Notes under the pieces: model-generated
Databases searched by the model: none
What the model saw: the letters and a program-made list of their open reading frames with translations, nothing else
Told to the model about the DNA's origin: nothing
Part shown: positions 10,383 to 19,447 of the stretch, one piece after another
Position numbering within the stretch: the stretch's first letter is position 1
Layout of the letters: every line of letters starts with the position of its first letter
Translations under genes and position numbers: made by a program
NCBI GenBank assembly: GCA_018261615.1
Contig: JAGTSE010000017.1
Location: forward strand, 2,239 to 66,238
DNA from: Pseudomonadota bacterium
GTDB lineage: Bacteria > Pseudomonadota > Gammaproteobacteria > Enterobacterales > Enterobacteriaceae
Direction of reading: 5' to 3'
DNA: 64,000 nt

Positions 10383-10730
10383 TTATGCAGCTGGTTGTGC
10401 AGCCGGTTTAGTTGCAGTGTGTTTAACGTGTTTTTTGTGTTTTTTAGCAGCTTGAGCTTTCTGTTCTACTGCCGGTTTAGCTGCTTTTTTGTGATGTTTT
10501 TTCACTTTTGCAGCCTGAGCTTTCTGCTCTACTGCCGGTTTAGTTGCTTTTTTGTGATGTTTTTTCACTTTTTTAGCCGGAGCTTTAGTTGCAGTAGCAG
10601 CCGGTGCAGCGGTGGTGGTAGTAGTCGGAGCAGCAGCCGGAGCCTGAGTGGTGGCAGCGGTGTCAGCAGCGAATGCAACGGAAGACAGACCCATAGCAGC
10701 GGCAACGACCAGAGCTAATACTTTTTTCAT
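10383..10730 (-). CDS. asr: Acid shock protein Asr
   Basis: [22 protein letters not shown] signal; Lys/His/Ala-rich repeats. Confidence 0.95.
   Translation of the reverse strand: MKKVLALVVAAAMGLSSVAFAADTAATTQAPAAAPTTTTTAAPAATATKAPAKKVKKHHKKATKPAVEQKAQAAKVKKHHKKAAKPAVEQKAQAAKKHKKHVKHTATKPAAQPAA
10447..10572. repeat. Two near-identical 63-bp tandem units inside asr (21-aa repeat)
   Basis: Units begin at 10447 and 10510; encode KVKKHHKKA(T/A)[11 protein letters not shown]. Confidence 0.85.
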
Positions 10731-10834
10731 TCTGATATCCTCGAATTGGTTTCATCATTCAACCCCACTGCGGGGCCGTTGAAAGAACTATATCCCTGTA
10801 AATACGAGGTTTCCGTGAGTGATTGGTATCAGCA

Positions 10835-10848
10835 TGTAACGGAATGTA
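10835..10848 (-). promoter_or_regulatory. RstA box upstream of asr
   Basis: Minus strand TACATTCCGTTACA vs consensus TACATNTNGTTACA (1 mismatch). Confidence 0.7.
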
Positions 10849-10895
10849 CAAATGTGATGTACCGCGCCGAAACGGGGGGTTCCGGCGCGACGACA

Positions 10896-12380
10896 TCAGA
10901 GATAACGGCGGGTTAAATGCTGGCGGAAATAATCGGCGTTTAACACTTCTCCTGTTGCATTTTCAATGAGTTGCGAGGTGCTGAAGCGGCTGCCGTGCTG
11001 CCAGATATTCTGTCGCAGCCAGTCGAACAGGGCGCTAAAATCGCCTTGCGCAATGGTCTCATCAAGCGTTGGCAGGGCCACGCGTGCCGCATGGAAGAGC
11101 TGCGCGGCGTACATCGCGCCCAGCGTGTATGAGGGGAAGTAACCAAATCCGCCGTCGGTCCAGTGAATATCCTGCATGCAGCCATTGCGGTAATTGCCTT
11201 CGGTGGAAAGCCCCAGCCAGGCTTGCATTTTTTCATTCCACAGCGCCGGAATATCCTCCACTTCAATATCGCCATCGATCAGCGCACGCTCGATTTCGTA
11301 ACGCAGGATCACATGCGCCGGATAACTGACTTCATCGGCATCAACGCGGATATAACCAGGTTTCACCCGCTGGTTCCAGGCAATGAAGTTGCCCTCTTCA
11401 AAGGCCGGTTGCATACCAAAGCGCTCGATGATCGCTGGTTGCAGGCGGCGAAGGAACGCGTCGCTGCGCCCGAGCTGCATTTCAAAGAACAGACTTTGCG
11501 ATTCATGAATTGCCGTGGATCGCGCTTGCGCGATTGGCTGGTCGGCCCAGGCGCGCGGCAGGTTTTGTTCGTAGCGGGCGTGACCGGTTTCATGCACTAC
11601 GCCGAACAGCGCGCTCAGTAGTTCATTTTCGTCGTAGCGAGTGGTAATACGCACATCTTCCGGAACGCCGCCGCAGAAGGGATGCGCACTGACATCAAGA
11701 CGCCCACCATTGAAATCGAAGCCCAGCACCTGCATTGTCTGCAATCCCAGTTCGCGCTGTACAGCCTGCGGGAACGGCCCCTTTGGTGCAATCAGCGTTT
11801 GCTGCGCCTGTTTCGCCACCGCGCGGTTCAGCAGATCCGGTAGCCAGCTTTTCACTTCGCCAAACAGTTCATCCAGGCGAGCGCTGGTCATGTCTGGTTC
11901 GAATTTGTCGAGCAGTGCATCATACGGTGAACAGCCTTTGGCCGCCGCGCGTAAGCTGGCCTCTTCGCGGGCAAGTTTGACCACATCTTTTAGGTTGGCG
12001 CTAAAACCCGCCCAGTCATTCGCCGGACGCTGCGTGCGCCAGGCGTGCTCGCATTTGCTGCCTGCCAGCGACTGTGCTTCGACCAGCGCTTCCGGGAGCA
12101 GCGCCGCCTGCTGGTAGTGACGCGTCATTTCGCGCAGGTTTGCCTGTTCAATATCGTCCAGTGTCTCCTGCTTTGCCGTCTGTAACCACTGCCCGACGCG
12201 CTTATCCGTCAGAATCTGGTGTTGCAGTACGCTGAGTTCAGCCAGCGCTTCGCCGCGTGCGGCACTACCGCCTGGCGGCATCATGGTGAACATGTCCCAG
12301 CTGGCGATGGCCGAGAGGTGGGAGAAGCGCGACAGGCGCTGGAAAGTGCGGGTGAGTTGCTGGTAGTTCTGCTTGTCCAT
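10896..12380 (-). CDS. Carboxypeptidase M32 family metallopeptidase
   Basis: HPF, DVRITTR, HETGH (HEXXH), HESQ, IRVDADE, GYFPSY motifs. Confidence 0.93.
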   Translation of the reverse strand: MDKQNYQQLTRTFQRLSRFSHLSAIASWDMFTMMPPGGSAARGEALAELSVLQHQILTDKRVGQWLQTAKQETLDDIEQANLREMTRHYQQAALLPEALVEAQSLAGSKCEHAWRTQRPANDWAGFSANLKDVVKLAREEASLRAAAKGCSPYDALLDKFEPDMTSARLDELFGEVKSWLPDLLNRAVAKQAQQTLIAPKGPFPQAVQRELGLQTMQVLGFDFNGGRLDVSAHPFCGGVPEDVRITTRYDENELLSALFGVVHETGHARYEQNLPRAWADQPIAQARSTAIHESQSLFFEMQLGRSDAFLRRLQPAIIERFGMQPAFEEGNFIAWNQRVKPGYIRVDADEVSYPAHVILRYEIERALIDGDIEVEDIPALWNEKMQAWLGLSTEGNYRNGCMQDIHWTDGGFGYFPSYTLGAMYAAQLFHAARVALPTLDETIAQGDFSALFDWLRQNIWQHGSRFSTSQLIENATGEVLNADYFRQHLTRRYL

Positions 12381-12511
12381 AATGCCTCTGTTTTCATTAG
12401 CGTTCTTCTGTAACTACCTGAAACAGTAGTCTGGCTTTCATTTTGCCAGTTTGTACCATAATAGAAGTATAGGTTTTTTACACCCACAGTAGAGACAGCT
12501 GAGTGGCAACC

Positions 12512-12604
12512 ATGAATCCTTTTGTCTGGATCATTTTTGCTCTGATGGCGCTGGATGCCGTGCGTGAACTGGTTGGCGCAACCTCGATTTTGAGCCTCTT
12601 TTAA
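12512..12604 (+). CDS. 30-aa hydrophobic small protein (KPN_01571-like, recalled)
   Basis: Manual translation MNPFVWIIFALMALDAVRELVGATSILSLF. Confidence 0.6.
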   Translation: MNPFVWIIFALMALDAVRELVGATSILSLF

Positions 12605-12639
12605 CGCACATCCGCACGGAGCAAAAAAGCCCCGCATAC

Positions 12640-12688
12640 TGAACTGACCCCATAATGTTGGATACCCAACTGAGTAAGGTGCAGTTCA
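12640..12688. mobile_element. 49-bp remnant made only of two IS3-like terminal inverted repeats
   Basis: TGAACTGACCCCATAATGTTGG...CCAACTGAGTAAGGTGCAGTTCA; TG..CA termini; no transposase. Confidence 0.5.
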
Positions 12689-12718
12689 ATAACTTGGGGC
12701 TCTTCTTTCGTCGTTGCA

Positions 12719-13969
12719 TTAACGCAAACGAGAGTGGATCCGGCTACCCACCAGAATGGCAATCAGCAGCATCAACGCAATAAAGCCGCCGACGCCATTC
12801 CAGCCATAACTGTGCCAGAAAACCCCGCCCAGCGTCCCGGCCACGCTGGAACCCAGATAGTAGAAGAATAAATAGAGCGACGAGGCTTGGCCTTTGGCGC
12901 GCCGCGCGCGTGGGCCGATCCAGCTACTGGCGACGGAGTGTGCGGCAAAGAAACCGGCGGCAAATAACAGCATGCCCGGAAAAATCAGCCACAGCGAAGA
13001 GGAAAAGGTCAGCAGCAGCCCGAACAGCATGATGGTCGAAGAGCCGATCATCACCGGGCCGCGACCATATTTGCTGGTCATTGCCCCCGCGCGCGGCGAA
13101 CTCCAGGTGCCAGTCAGATAGGCCAATGACAGCAGGCCGACGACTGCCTGGCTCAGCGACCACGGCGACAGCATCAGGCGATAACCAATGTAGTTAAACA
13201 GCGTAACGAACGATCCCATCAGCAAAAAACCTTCAAGGAACAGCAGCGGCAGCCCTTTATCACGCAAGTGCAAATGTAGGTTGATCAGCAAGTTTTTCGG
13301 TCGCAGCGAAGTGGGCCGAAAATGACGCGATTCCGGCAGGATTTTCAAGAACATCAGCGCCGATGCCAGCGCAAAGCAGCCAATCACCGCCACTGCAATA
13401 CGCCAGTTAAAGACGTCGGTAAACACGCCGCTAATCAGACGGCCGCTCATGCCGCCAATCGAGTTGCCGCTAATGTACAGCCCCATTGAGAAGGCGACAA
13501 CGCTCGGATGGATCTCCTCGCTTAAATAGGTCATCCCGACTGCCGCCACGCCGCTCAGCGACAGGCCAACCAACGCGCGCATTACCAGAATACCGTGCCA
13601 GCTTGTCATCATTGTTGACAGTAGGGTACAGCAGGAGGCGAGCATCAAGGCGGTAACCATCACTTTTTTGCGTCCGATGGCGTCCGACAGTGGGCCGGTA
13701 AACAGCAGGCCAATTGCCAGCATGGCGGTGGAAATTGACAGCGACATACTGCTTCTGGCAGGAGAGACGCCAAATTCATGGGACAACACCGGCAAAATCG
13801 GCTGCACGCAATAGAGCAGGGCAAAGGTTGCCAGCCCGGCGGAGAAGAGCGCCAGCGTGACGCGCATGAATTGGGGAGTACCACGTTTAATAAATTGTCC
13901 CGGCAACGCGACAGGAATTTCGTTGACAACGCTTGCCGGCTCGGTGTCAACGGTTGTTGTACGACTCAC
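12719..13969 (-). CDS. ynfM: MFS transporter YnfM
   Basis: 416 aa; FIKRGTPQFMRVTLALFSAGLATFALLYCVQPILP; synteny. Confidence 0.93.
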   Translation of the reverse strand: MSRTTTVDTEPASVVNEIPVALPGQFIKRGTPQFMRVTLALFSAGLATFALLYCVQPILPVLSHEFGVSPARSSMSLSISTAMLAIGLLFTGPLSDAIGRKKVMVTALMLASCCTLLSTMMTSWHGILVMRALVGLSLSGVAAVGMTYLSEEIHPSVVAFSMGLYISGNSIGGMSGRLISGVFTDVFNWRIAVAVIGCFALASALMFLKILPESRHFRPTSLRPKNLLINLHLHLRDKGLPLLFLEGFLLMGSFVTLFNYIGYRLMLSPWSLSQAVVGLLSLAYLTGTWSSPRAGAMTSKYGRGPVMIGSSTIMLFGLLLTFSSSLWLIFPGMLLFAAGFFAAHSVASSWIGPRARRAKGQASSLYLFFYYLGSSVAGTLGGVFWHSYGWNGVGGFIALMLLIAILVGSRIHSRLR

Positions 13970-14088
13970 TAGAGATCCTTACATTTCATACCCGTGATTC
14001 TGGCGACGGGCTTACCACAGACATAAGGGTATGAAAGGCGTAATATTCTGTCTAATATATTAATAATCTCAAATAATACTTTTAAAAT

Positions 14089-14985
14089 ATGAATATCGAA
14101 CTACGCCATCTGCGTTACTTTATCGCCGTTGCCGAGGAGCTGCATTTTGGTCACGCCGCGGCGCGGCTCAATATCTCACAACCACCGCTGAGCCAGCAGA
14201 TCCAGTTGCTCGAACAGCAGGTTGGCGCGCGTCTGCTGGCTCGCACCAACCGTAGCGTCGCGCTGACGCCCGCCGGCAAACAGTTTCTTGCCGACAGCCG
14301 ACAGATTTTAAGCCTGGTTGATGAAGCCGCCGCCCGCGCCGCGCGTTTGCATCAGGGGGAAACCGGTGAATTACGCATCGGCTTCACCTCTTCGGCACCA
14401 TTTATTAAGGCAGTTTCCGACACGCTCTCATCGTTTCGCCAGCGCTACCCGGATGTGCATATTCAGACGCGGGAGATCAATACCCGCGAGCAGATTGCTC
14501 CCCTCAATGAAGGCGCACTGGATTTGGGGCTGATGCGCAATACGCCGCTGCCTGAAACGCTGACATGGGAGGTGGTCTTGCGTGAACCGCTGCTGGCGAT
14601 GATCCACCGCGACCACCCGCTGGCGGCGCGCAAGGCGGTGTCACTGAAGGAACTGGCGCAGGAGCCATTTGTCTTTTTCGATCCGCACGTTGGTACTGGC
14701 CTGTATGACGAGATCCTTGGGTTGATGTGGCGCTATCAGTTAATACCCACCATAACCCAGGAAGTGGGCGAAGCGATGACGATCATCGGGTTGGTAGCTG
14801 CCGGGCTGGGCGTCTCGATCCTCCCGGCGTCGTTTCACCGAGTACAACTCAATGAAATACGTTGGGTGCCAATTATTGAAGCGGATGCGGTCTCCGAAAT
14901 GTGGCTAGTGTGGGCAAAACACCATGAACAAGGGACGGCAGCTGCGCGTTTCAAGCAGCAACTTCTGCGTGCCGCAATCGGCTGA
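14089..14985 (+). CDS. ynfL: LysR-family regulator YnfL
   Basis: MNIELRHLRYFIAVAEELHFG HTH; divergent from ynfM. Confidence 0.92.
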   Translation: MNIELRHLRYFIAVAEELHFGHAAARLNISQPPLSQQIQLLEQQVGARLLARTNRSVALTPAGKQFLADSRQILSLVDEAAARAARLHQGETGELRIGFTSSAPFIKAVSDTLSSFRQRYPDVHIQTREINTREQIAPLNEGALDLGLMRNTPLPETLTWEVVLREPLLAMIHRDHPLAARKAVSLKELAQEPFVFFDPHVGTGLYDEILGLMWRYQLIPTITQEVGEAMTIIGLVAAGLGVSILPASFHRVQLNEIRWVPIIEADAVSEMWLVWAKHHEQGTAAARFKQQLLRAAIG

Positions 14986-15010
14986 TTTTTACGCATAAGT
15001 CATTGCAAAA

Positions 15011-15026
15011 TGTGCTGTAACTCACA
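15011..15026. promoter_or_regulatory. CRP site upstream of mlc
   Basis: TGTGC-TGTAAC-TCACA. Confidence 0.65.
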
Positions 15027-15081
15027 AGCCGGGGTAAAAATTTGACGGCGCCTGGTGAAGTGCTTCACCATAGCTGAACGT

Positions 15082-15103
15082 TTATTTCGAAGCGCGAAAA
15101 TAA
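15082..15103. promoter_or_regulatory. Mlc autoregulatory operator
   Basis: TTATTTCGAAGCGCGAAAATAA quasi-palindrome just before the mlc start. Confidence 0.6.
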
Positions 15104-15114
15104 GGGAGTCAGAG

Positions 15115-16335
15115 GTGGTTGCTGATAGTCAGCCTGGGCATATTGATCAGATTAAGCAGACCAACGCAGGGGCGGTTTATCGCCTTATTGATCAGCTTGG
15201 CCCGGTTTCGCGCATCGATTTATCGCGTCTGGCGCAGCTCGCGCCGGCGAGTATTACCAAAATTGTGCGTGAAATGCTGGAAGCGCATCTGGTGCAGGAA
15301 ACGGAGATTCAGGAGCCAGGCAGCCGCGGGCGTCCGGCGGTCGGGCTGGTGGTAGAGACCGAAGCCTGGCACTATCTCTCGCTGCGCATTAGCCGCGGGG
15401 AGATCTTTCTCTCGCTGCGCGATCTCAGCAGTAAGTTGGTGGTGGAAGATAGGCTTGAACTGTCACTGGTCGATGATATGTCGCTGCTGGATCGCATTAT
15501 TCATCTTATCGACAGCTTTTTTACCCGCCACCAGAGCCGTCTGGAGCGCCTGACCTCGATTGCCATCACGCTGCCGGGAATCATTGATACCGAGAATGGT
15601 ATTGTTCATACCATGCCGTTTTACACGGAAGTGAAAGATATGCCGTTGGGTGAAACGCTGGAAAAGCACACCGGCGTGCCGGTTTACGTGCAGCACGACA
15701 TCAGCGCGTGGACCATGGCTGAAGCGCTATTCGGTGCATCACGCGGTGCGCGGGATGTGATTCAGGTGGTGATCGATCACAATGTTGGTGCCGGGGTGAT
15801 CACCGACGGACGTTTGCTGCACGCGGGCAGTAGCAGCCTGGTGGAGATTGGACACACGCAGGTGGATCCTTACGGTAAGCGCTGCTATTGCGGCAACCAC
15901 GGCTGCCTTGAAACCATTGCCAGCGTTGAAAGCGTGCTGGAACTGGCGCAGTTACGTATGAGCCAGTCGATGAGTTCAATGCTGCATCAGAAGCCGTTAA
16001 CGGTGGAGTGGTTATGTCAGGCGGCACAGCAGGGCGATCTACTCGCGAGAGATATCATCAGCGGCGTCGGAGCCAATATTGGCCGTATCCTTGCCATTAT
16101 GGTGAATTTGTTCAATCCGCAAAAAATACTGATTGGCTCGCCGCTGAGCAAAGCGGCAGACGTTCTCTTTCCCGCTATTGCCGATTGCATCCGTCAGCAG
16201 GCATTGCCGGCATACAGCAAGCATATTTCCGTTGAGAGTACCCAGTTCACCAATCAGGGCACTATGGCCGGTGCCGCGCTGGTAAAAGACGCGATGTATA
16301 ACGGATCTTTACTTATCCGTTTGTTGCAGGGGTAA
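15115..16335 (+). CDS. mlc: ROK-family global repressor Mlc (DgsA)
   Basis: GTG start at 15115 gives 406 aa MVADSQPGHIDQIKQ; ROK Zn motif EIGH..CYCGNHGC. Confidence 0.96.
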   Translation: MVADSQPGHIDQIKQTNAGAVYRLIDQLGPVSRIDLSRLAQLAPASITKIVREMLEAHLVQETEIQEPGSRGRPAVGLVVETEAWHYLSLRISRGEIFLSLRDLSSKLVVEDRLELSLVDDMSLLDRIIHLIDSFFTRHQSRLERLTSIAITLPGIIDTENGIVHTMPFYTEVKDMPLGETLEKHTGVPVYVQHDISAWTMAEALFGASRGARDVIQVVIDHNVGAGVITDGRLLHAGSSSLVEIGHTQVDPYGKRCYCGNHGCLETIASVESVLELAQLRMSQSMSSMLHQKPLTVEWLCQAAQQGDLLARDIISGVGANIGRILAIMVNLFNPQKILIGSPLSKAADVLFPAIADCIRQQALPAYSKHISVESTQFTNQGTMAGAALVKDAMYNGSLLIRLLQG

Positions 16336-16360
16336 CATTTTTACATTGTTGTCGCAAAAA

Positions 16361-16374
16361 TTGCGCTACCTCAA
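16361..16374. promoter_or_regulatory. FNR-like site upstream of ynfK
   Basis: TTGCG-CTAC-CTCAA vs TTGAT-N4-ATCAA. Confidence 0.4.
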
Positions 16375-16460
16375 GCTGGGCCGATGATACTTATCTTAGA
16401 CTTTCTCCACTGAATTATTCTCCTGGTTTATATTTTCGTAGAACAACGGTGGAAATCGAG

Positions 16461-17156
16461 ATGCTTAAGCGTTTCTTTGTAACGGGTACAGACACTTCTG
16501 TCGGGAAGACAGTGGCATCCCGTGCGCTTCTTCAGGCACTGGCAGCCAGCGGCAAAACAGTTGCAGGTTACAAACCTGTTGCTAAAGGAAGCAAAGAAAC
16601 GCCGGAAGGGTTGCGCAACAAAGATGCGCTGGTACTGCAAAGCGTTTCCTCGCTGGATTTACCTTACCAGGCGATAAACCCTATTGCCTTGAGCGAAGAG
16701 GAAAGTAGCGTTGCGCACAGCTGTCCCATCAATTACAGCCTGCTTTCCAACGGCCTGGCCAACCTATGCGAAAAGGTCGATCATGTAGTGGTCGAGGGAA
16801 CTGGCGGCTGGCGCAGCCTGATGAATGATTTGCGTCCGCTCTCCGAGTGGGTGGTACAGGAACAGATGGCGGTGGTGATGGTGGTGGGTATCCAGGAAGG
16901 CTGCATTAACCACGCCTTGTTGACTGCGCAGGCGATTGCCAGCGACGGTCTGCCGCTGATTGGCTGGGTGGCGAACCGTATCAATCCGGGGCTGGCGCAT
17001 TACGCTGAAATTATTAATGTGCTGAGCAAGAAACTGCCCGCGCCGCTGGTGGGTGAGTTACCCTATCTGCCGCGCGCCGAGCAGCGCGATCTGGCGCAAT
17101 ACATCAATTTGCAGATGGCGACCGGTATGTTAGTCGCCGACCGCATTCTCGCCTGA
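16461..17156 (+). CDS. ynfK: Dethiobiotin synthase paralogue BioD2/YnfK
   Basis: MLKRFFVTGTDTSVGKT P-loop, VVEGTGG; 231 aa. Confidence 0.93.
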   Translation: MLKRFFVTGTDTSVGKTVASRALLQALAASGKTVAGYKPVAKGSKETPEGLRNKDALVLQSVSSLDLPYQAINPIALSEEESSVAHSCPINYSLLSNGLANLCEKVDHVVVEGTGGWRSLMNDLRPLSEWVVQEQMAVVMVVGIQEGCINHALLTAQAIASDGLPLIGWVANRINPGLAHYAEIINVLSKKLPAPLVGELPYLPRAEQRDLAQYINLQMATGMLVADRILA

Positions 17157-17157
17157 A

Positions 17158-17185
17158 CAAAGCCCCTCATCTGAGGGGCTTTTGC
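17158..17185. terminator. Bidirectional intrinsic terminator
   Basis: aaagcccctc-atct-gaggggctttt. Confidence 0.75.
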
Positions 17186-17360
17186 TACACATCACTGTGA
17201 ATATTCACTACCCGCCACGTTCTGCGAACTTAAATACTCTGCGATATATCTTCCTGATTTCGTGCGTTATGGCAACGGGGTTACGTGTTGTTATGCCATA
17301 TTTGGCAGGGTGAATTGACCTATAGCAAGCGCTCAGAAGGATTCCAGTGAAGGCGAATAA

Positions 17361-17373
17361 GTGACGTTGTCAC
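17361..17373. other. matS site (MatP binding, Ter macrodomain)
   Basis: GTGACGTTGTCAC is a perfect match to GTGACRNYGTCAC and is intergenic. Confidence 0.8.
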
Positions 17374-17424
17374 GTATAAATGAAAAGAAAGTATGAAAAT
17401 CCCGGTGGTTACACCGGGAAAGGA

Positions 17425-18036
17425 TTACCGAAACAGTGTTTTCTGCGCGACCGGGATCAGTAAGCGAGATTGCCACTGCGTGAGCGTCAATTGAGCCAGT
17501 TTTCCGGCAGCGCGCCAGAATGGATGCTGCGCTTCATTGGTAAATACCGTAAGAAAGCGCCCGGCCCACGGCAATAGATGCCAGGCCAGTAGCCGATCGC
17601 AGGCGACGCTATTTCCATCTTCTGCCAGCCACGCCGCCAGCAATAACAGCGCACCAAAGTGATCTTCAGGCTCGTTTTGTCGGCTGTCGAACGCGATATT
17701 GTTTTCCCGCATCCACTGGCGCAGCGCCAGCGTGGAATCGCCAAACAGCACAGACTCTTTATCCAGCCATACGGAACCCCACGGTGGGGCAGGTAGCGCC
17801 CATGGGCCAATAAACAGACGCTGCCAGGCTTCAAACAGCGGTTCATCACAGGGCGCGGTGAACCCGGCTACCAGAGGGGCAAGGTCGGTTTGTGGGAGCG
17901 GCCACTGTTCCGCCCAGTCGCCCTGGGTGAACGCGGCAATCAGCGGCTGGCACTGCTCGCTCTGCGGCGGATAGTAAAATAGCGCCCCCAGAACACGGGC
18001 GGTCACGATAAAATTTTCACTGGTTAAGTCTGTCAT
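17425..18036 (-). CDS. dmsD: Tat proofreading chaperone DmsD
   Basis: 203 aa; PPWGSVWLDKE and EPEDH motifs. Confidence 0.94.
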   Translation of the reverse strand: MTDLTSENFIVTARVLGALFYYPPQSEQCQPLIAAFTQGDWAEQWPLPQTDLAPLVAGFTAPCDEPLFEAWQRLFIGPWALPAPPWGSVWLDKESVLFGDSTLALRQWMRENNIAFDSRQNEPEDHFGALLLLAAWLAEDGNSVACDRLLAWHLLPWAGRFLTVFTNEAQHPFWRAAGKLAQLTLTQWQSRLLIPVAQKTLFR

Positions 18037-18137
18037 GTTTTATCCTGAAAAAATACCGGATGGTGCTGTGTTTAATCTGTCTGTGCATCATGAAACACAT
18101 GCAGGCAGAATAATGCGCTGTCATCCAGCGAACATCA

Positions 18138-18828
18138 TCAACCGGAAACGGCGACGCCCCACGGTCATATGCAGTCCATAAAACAGTCCACGTCCGCTTG
18201 CTGGGCGGAACTGTGGATCTCGCCCAGTTGCTGGCTTTGCAGCATCACCACGGCAATGCTGGCGATAAACGCCGCAAAGCTGATCGCGGCGAAGCGCGAA
18301 AACGGATACCCGCCAGACGCAGCAGCAGCGCGGCCAGTAACGGGCCGCACATTAGCATGGTCAGGAAAAATGCCGCCGTTGTGTAGCCGTTATGCCAGGT
18401 CGGTACGGTATCGATTTGATAGACCCGCGTCATTGTCCAGACAAACAGCACGCCAGGCAACAGCTGATCGCAAGCCAGATGCGGCTTAAGGTGCCAGGCA
18501 TTTTCCCCAGCCAGCTTACCAGCCACCAGAAACCACCGACGGCGAAGAAGAGAGAACCGGCAGCGATTTCATTACTGAGCGCCGACGCACCGACGCGGTT
18601 CAGTGAGTTAAATGCGCGCAGCGGCGAACCGAGGTGCATTATCGAAGCGATAAAACCAATGCCTATCAGCATCCAGAGAAGAACCTGGCTGCGTACAATG
18701 CGCACTTGTCCGCTGCGATCATCGTTGGCGTTCATCCATACGATACCGCTTACAATCAGGCCGACAGCCACGCACTGGCCCAGCACCGTGAACAGTACCA
18801 GTGGCCACTCATGCCATCCGTTTCCCAT
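18138..18828 (-). pseudogene. ynfH: DmsC/YnfH membrane anchor, disrupted
   Basis: Starts MGNGWHEWPLVLFTV; frameshifts at about 18462 and 18294; internal deletion at 18195/18196 joins ..HSSAQQA to GRGLFYGLHMTVGVAVSG* in another frame. Confidence 0.9.
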
Positions 18829-18829
18829 T

Positions 18830-19437
18830 TCATACCTCCTGCGGATTGGCCAGATAGCCTGTGGTATCACCCGTCGGGCGGCTATTGGCGTTAGGTTTGA
18901 TCACCATATTCGGCCGGGTAAAGTGTGCTGGCGGAAAGGGGGCGACGGCGGCAAGCGAACCGTGCTGTTTACGCAGTTCCTCAATTGGAGCGAAATCCAG
19001 CGCGCGCAGCGGGCAGGATTCGACGCAGATTGGCTTTTGCCCCTGTGCGACACGATCGTGGCAGCCGTCGCATTTGGTCATGTGTCCCTTCGCGGCGTTG
19101 TATTGCGGCGCGCCATAGGGACAGGGTAACGGCAGCCGATGCAGACATCTTCATCCACCACCACAAAACCATCTTCACGCTTATGCATCGCGCCGCTTGG
19201 GCACACTTTGGTGCAGGCCGGATCTTCACAGTGGTTGCAGGAAATCGAAAGGTAATAGGCAAAGACATTTTGCTGCCAGATGCCATTATCTTCCTGCCAG
19301 TTGCCGCCAGCGTATTCATACACGCGGCGGAAGCTGACATCCGGAGTTAAGTCTTTGTAATCTTTACAAGCCAGCTCGCAGGTTTTGCAACCGGTGCAAC
19401 GGCTGGAATCGATAAAAAATCCATACTGAGTTGTCAT
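18830..19437 (-). pseudogene. ynfG: DmsB/YnfG Fe-S subunit, frameshifted
   Basis: N-half MTTQYGFFIDSSRCTGC..CIGCRY and C-half CPYGAPQYN..MTKCDGC lie in different frames; the expected CHMA is missing (about 10 nt lost at 19125/19126). Confidence 0.9.
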
Positions 19438-19447
19438 CGGTTACTCC

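Noticed and set aside
18392-19129. 245-aa + strand ORF over dmsB/dmsC
   Set aside because: Antisense to pseudogene frames; no family features.
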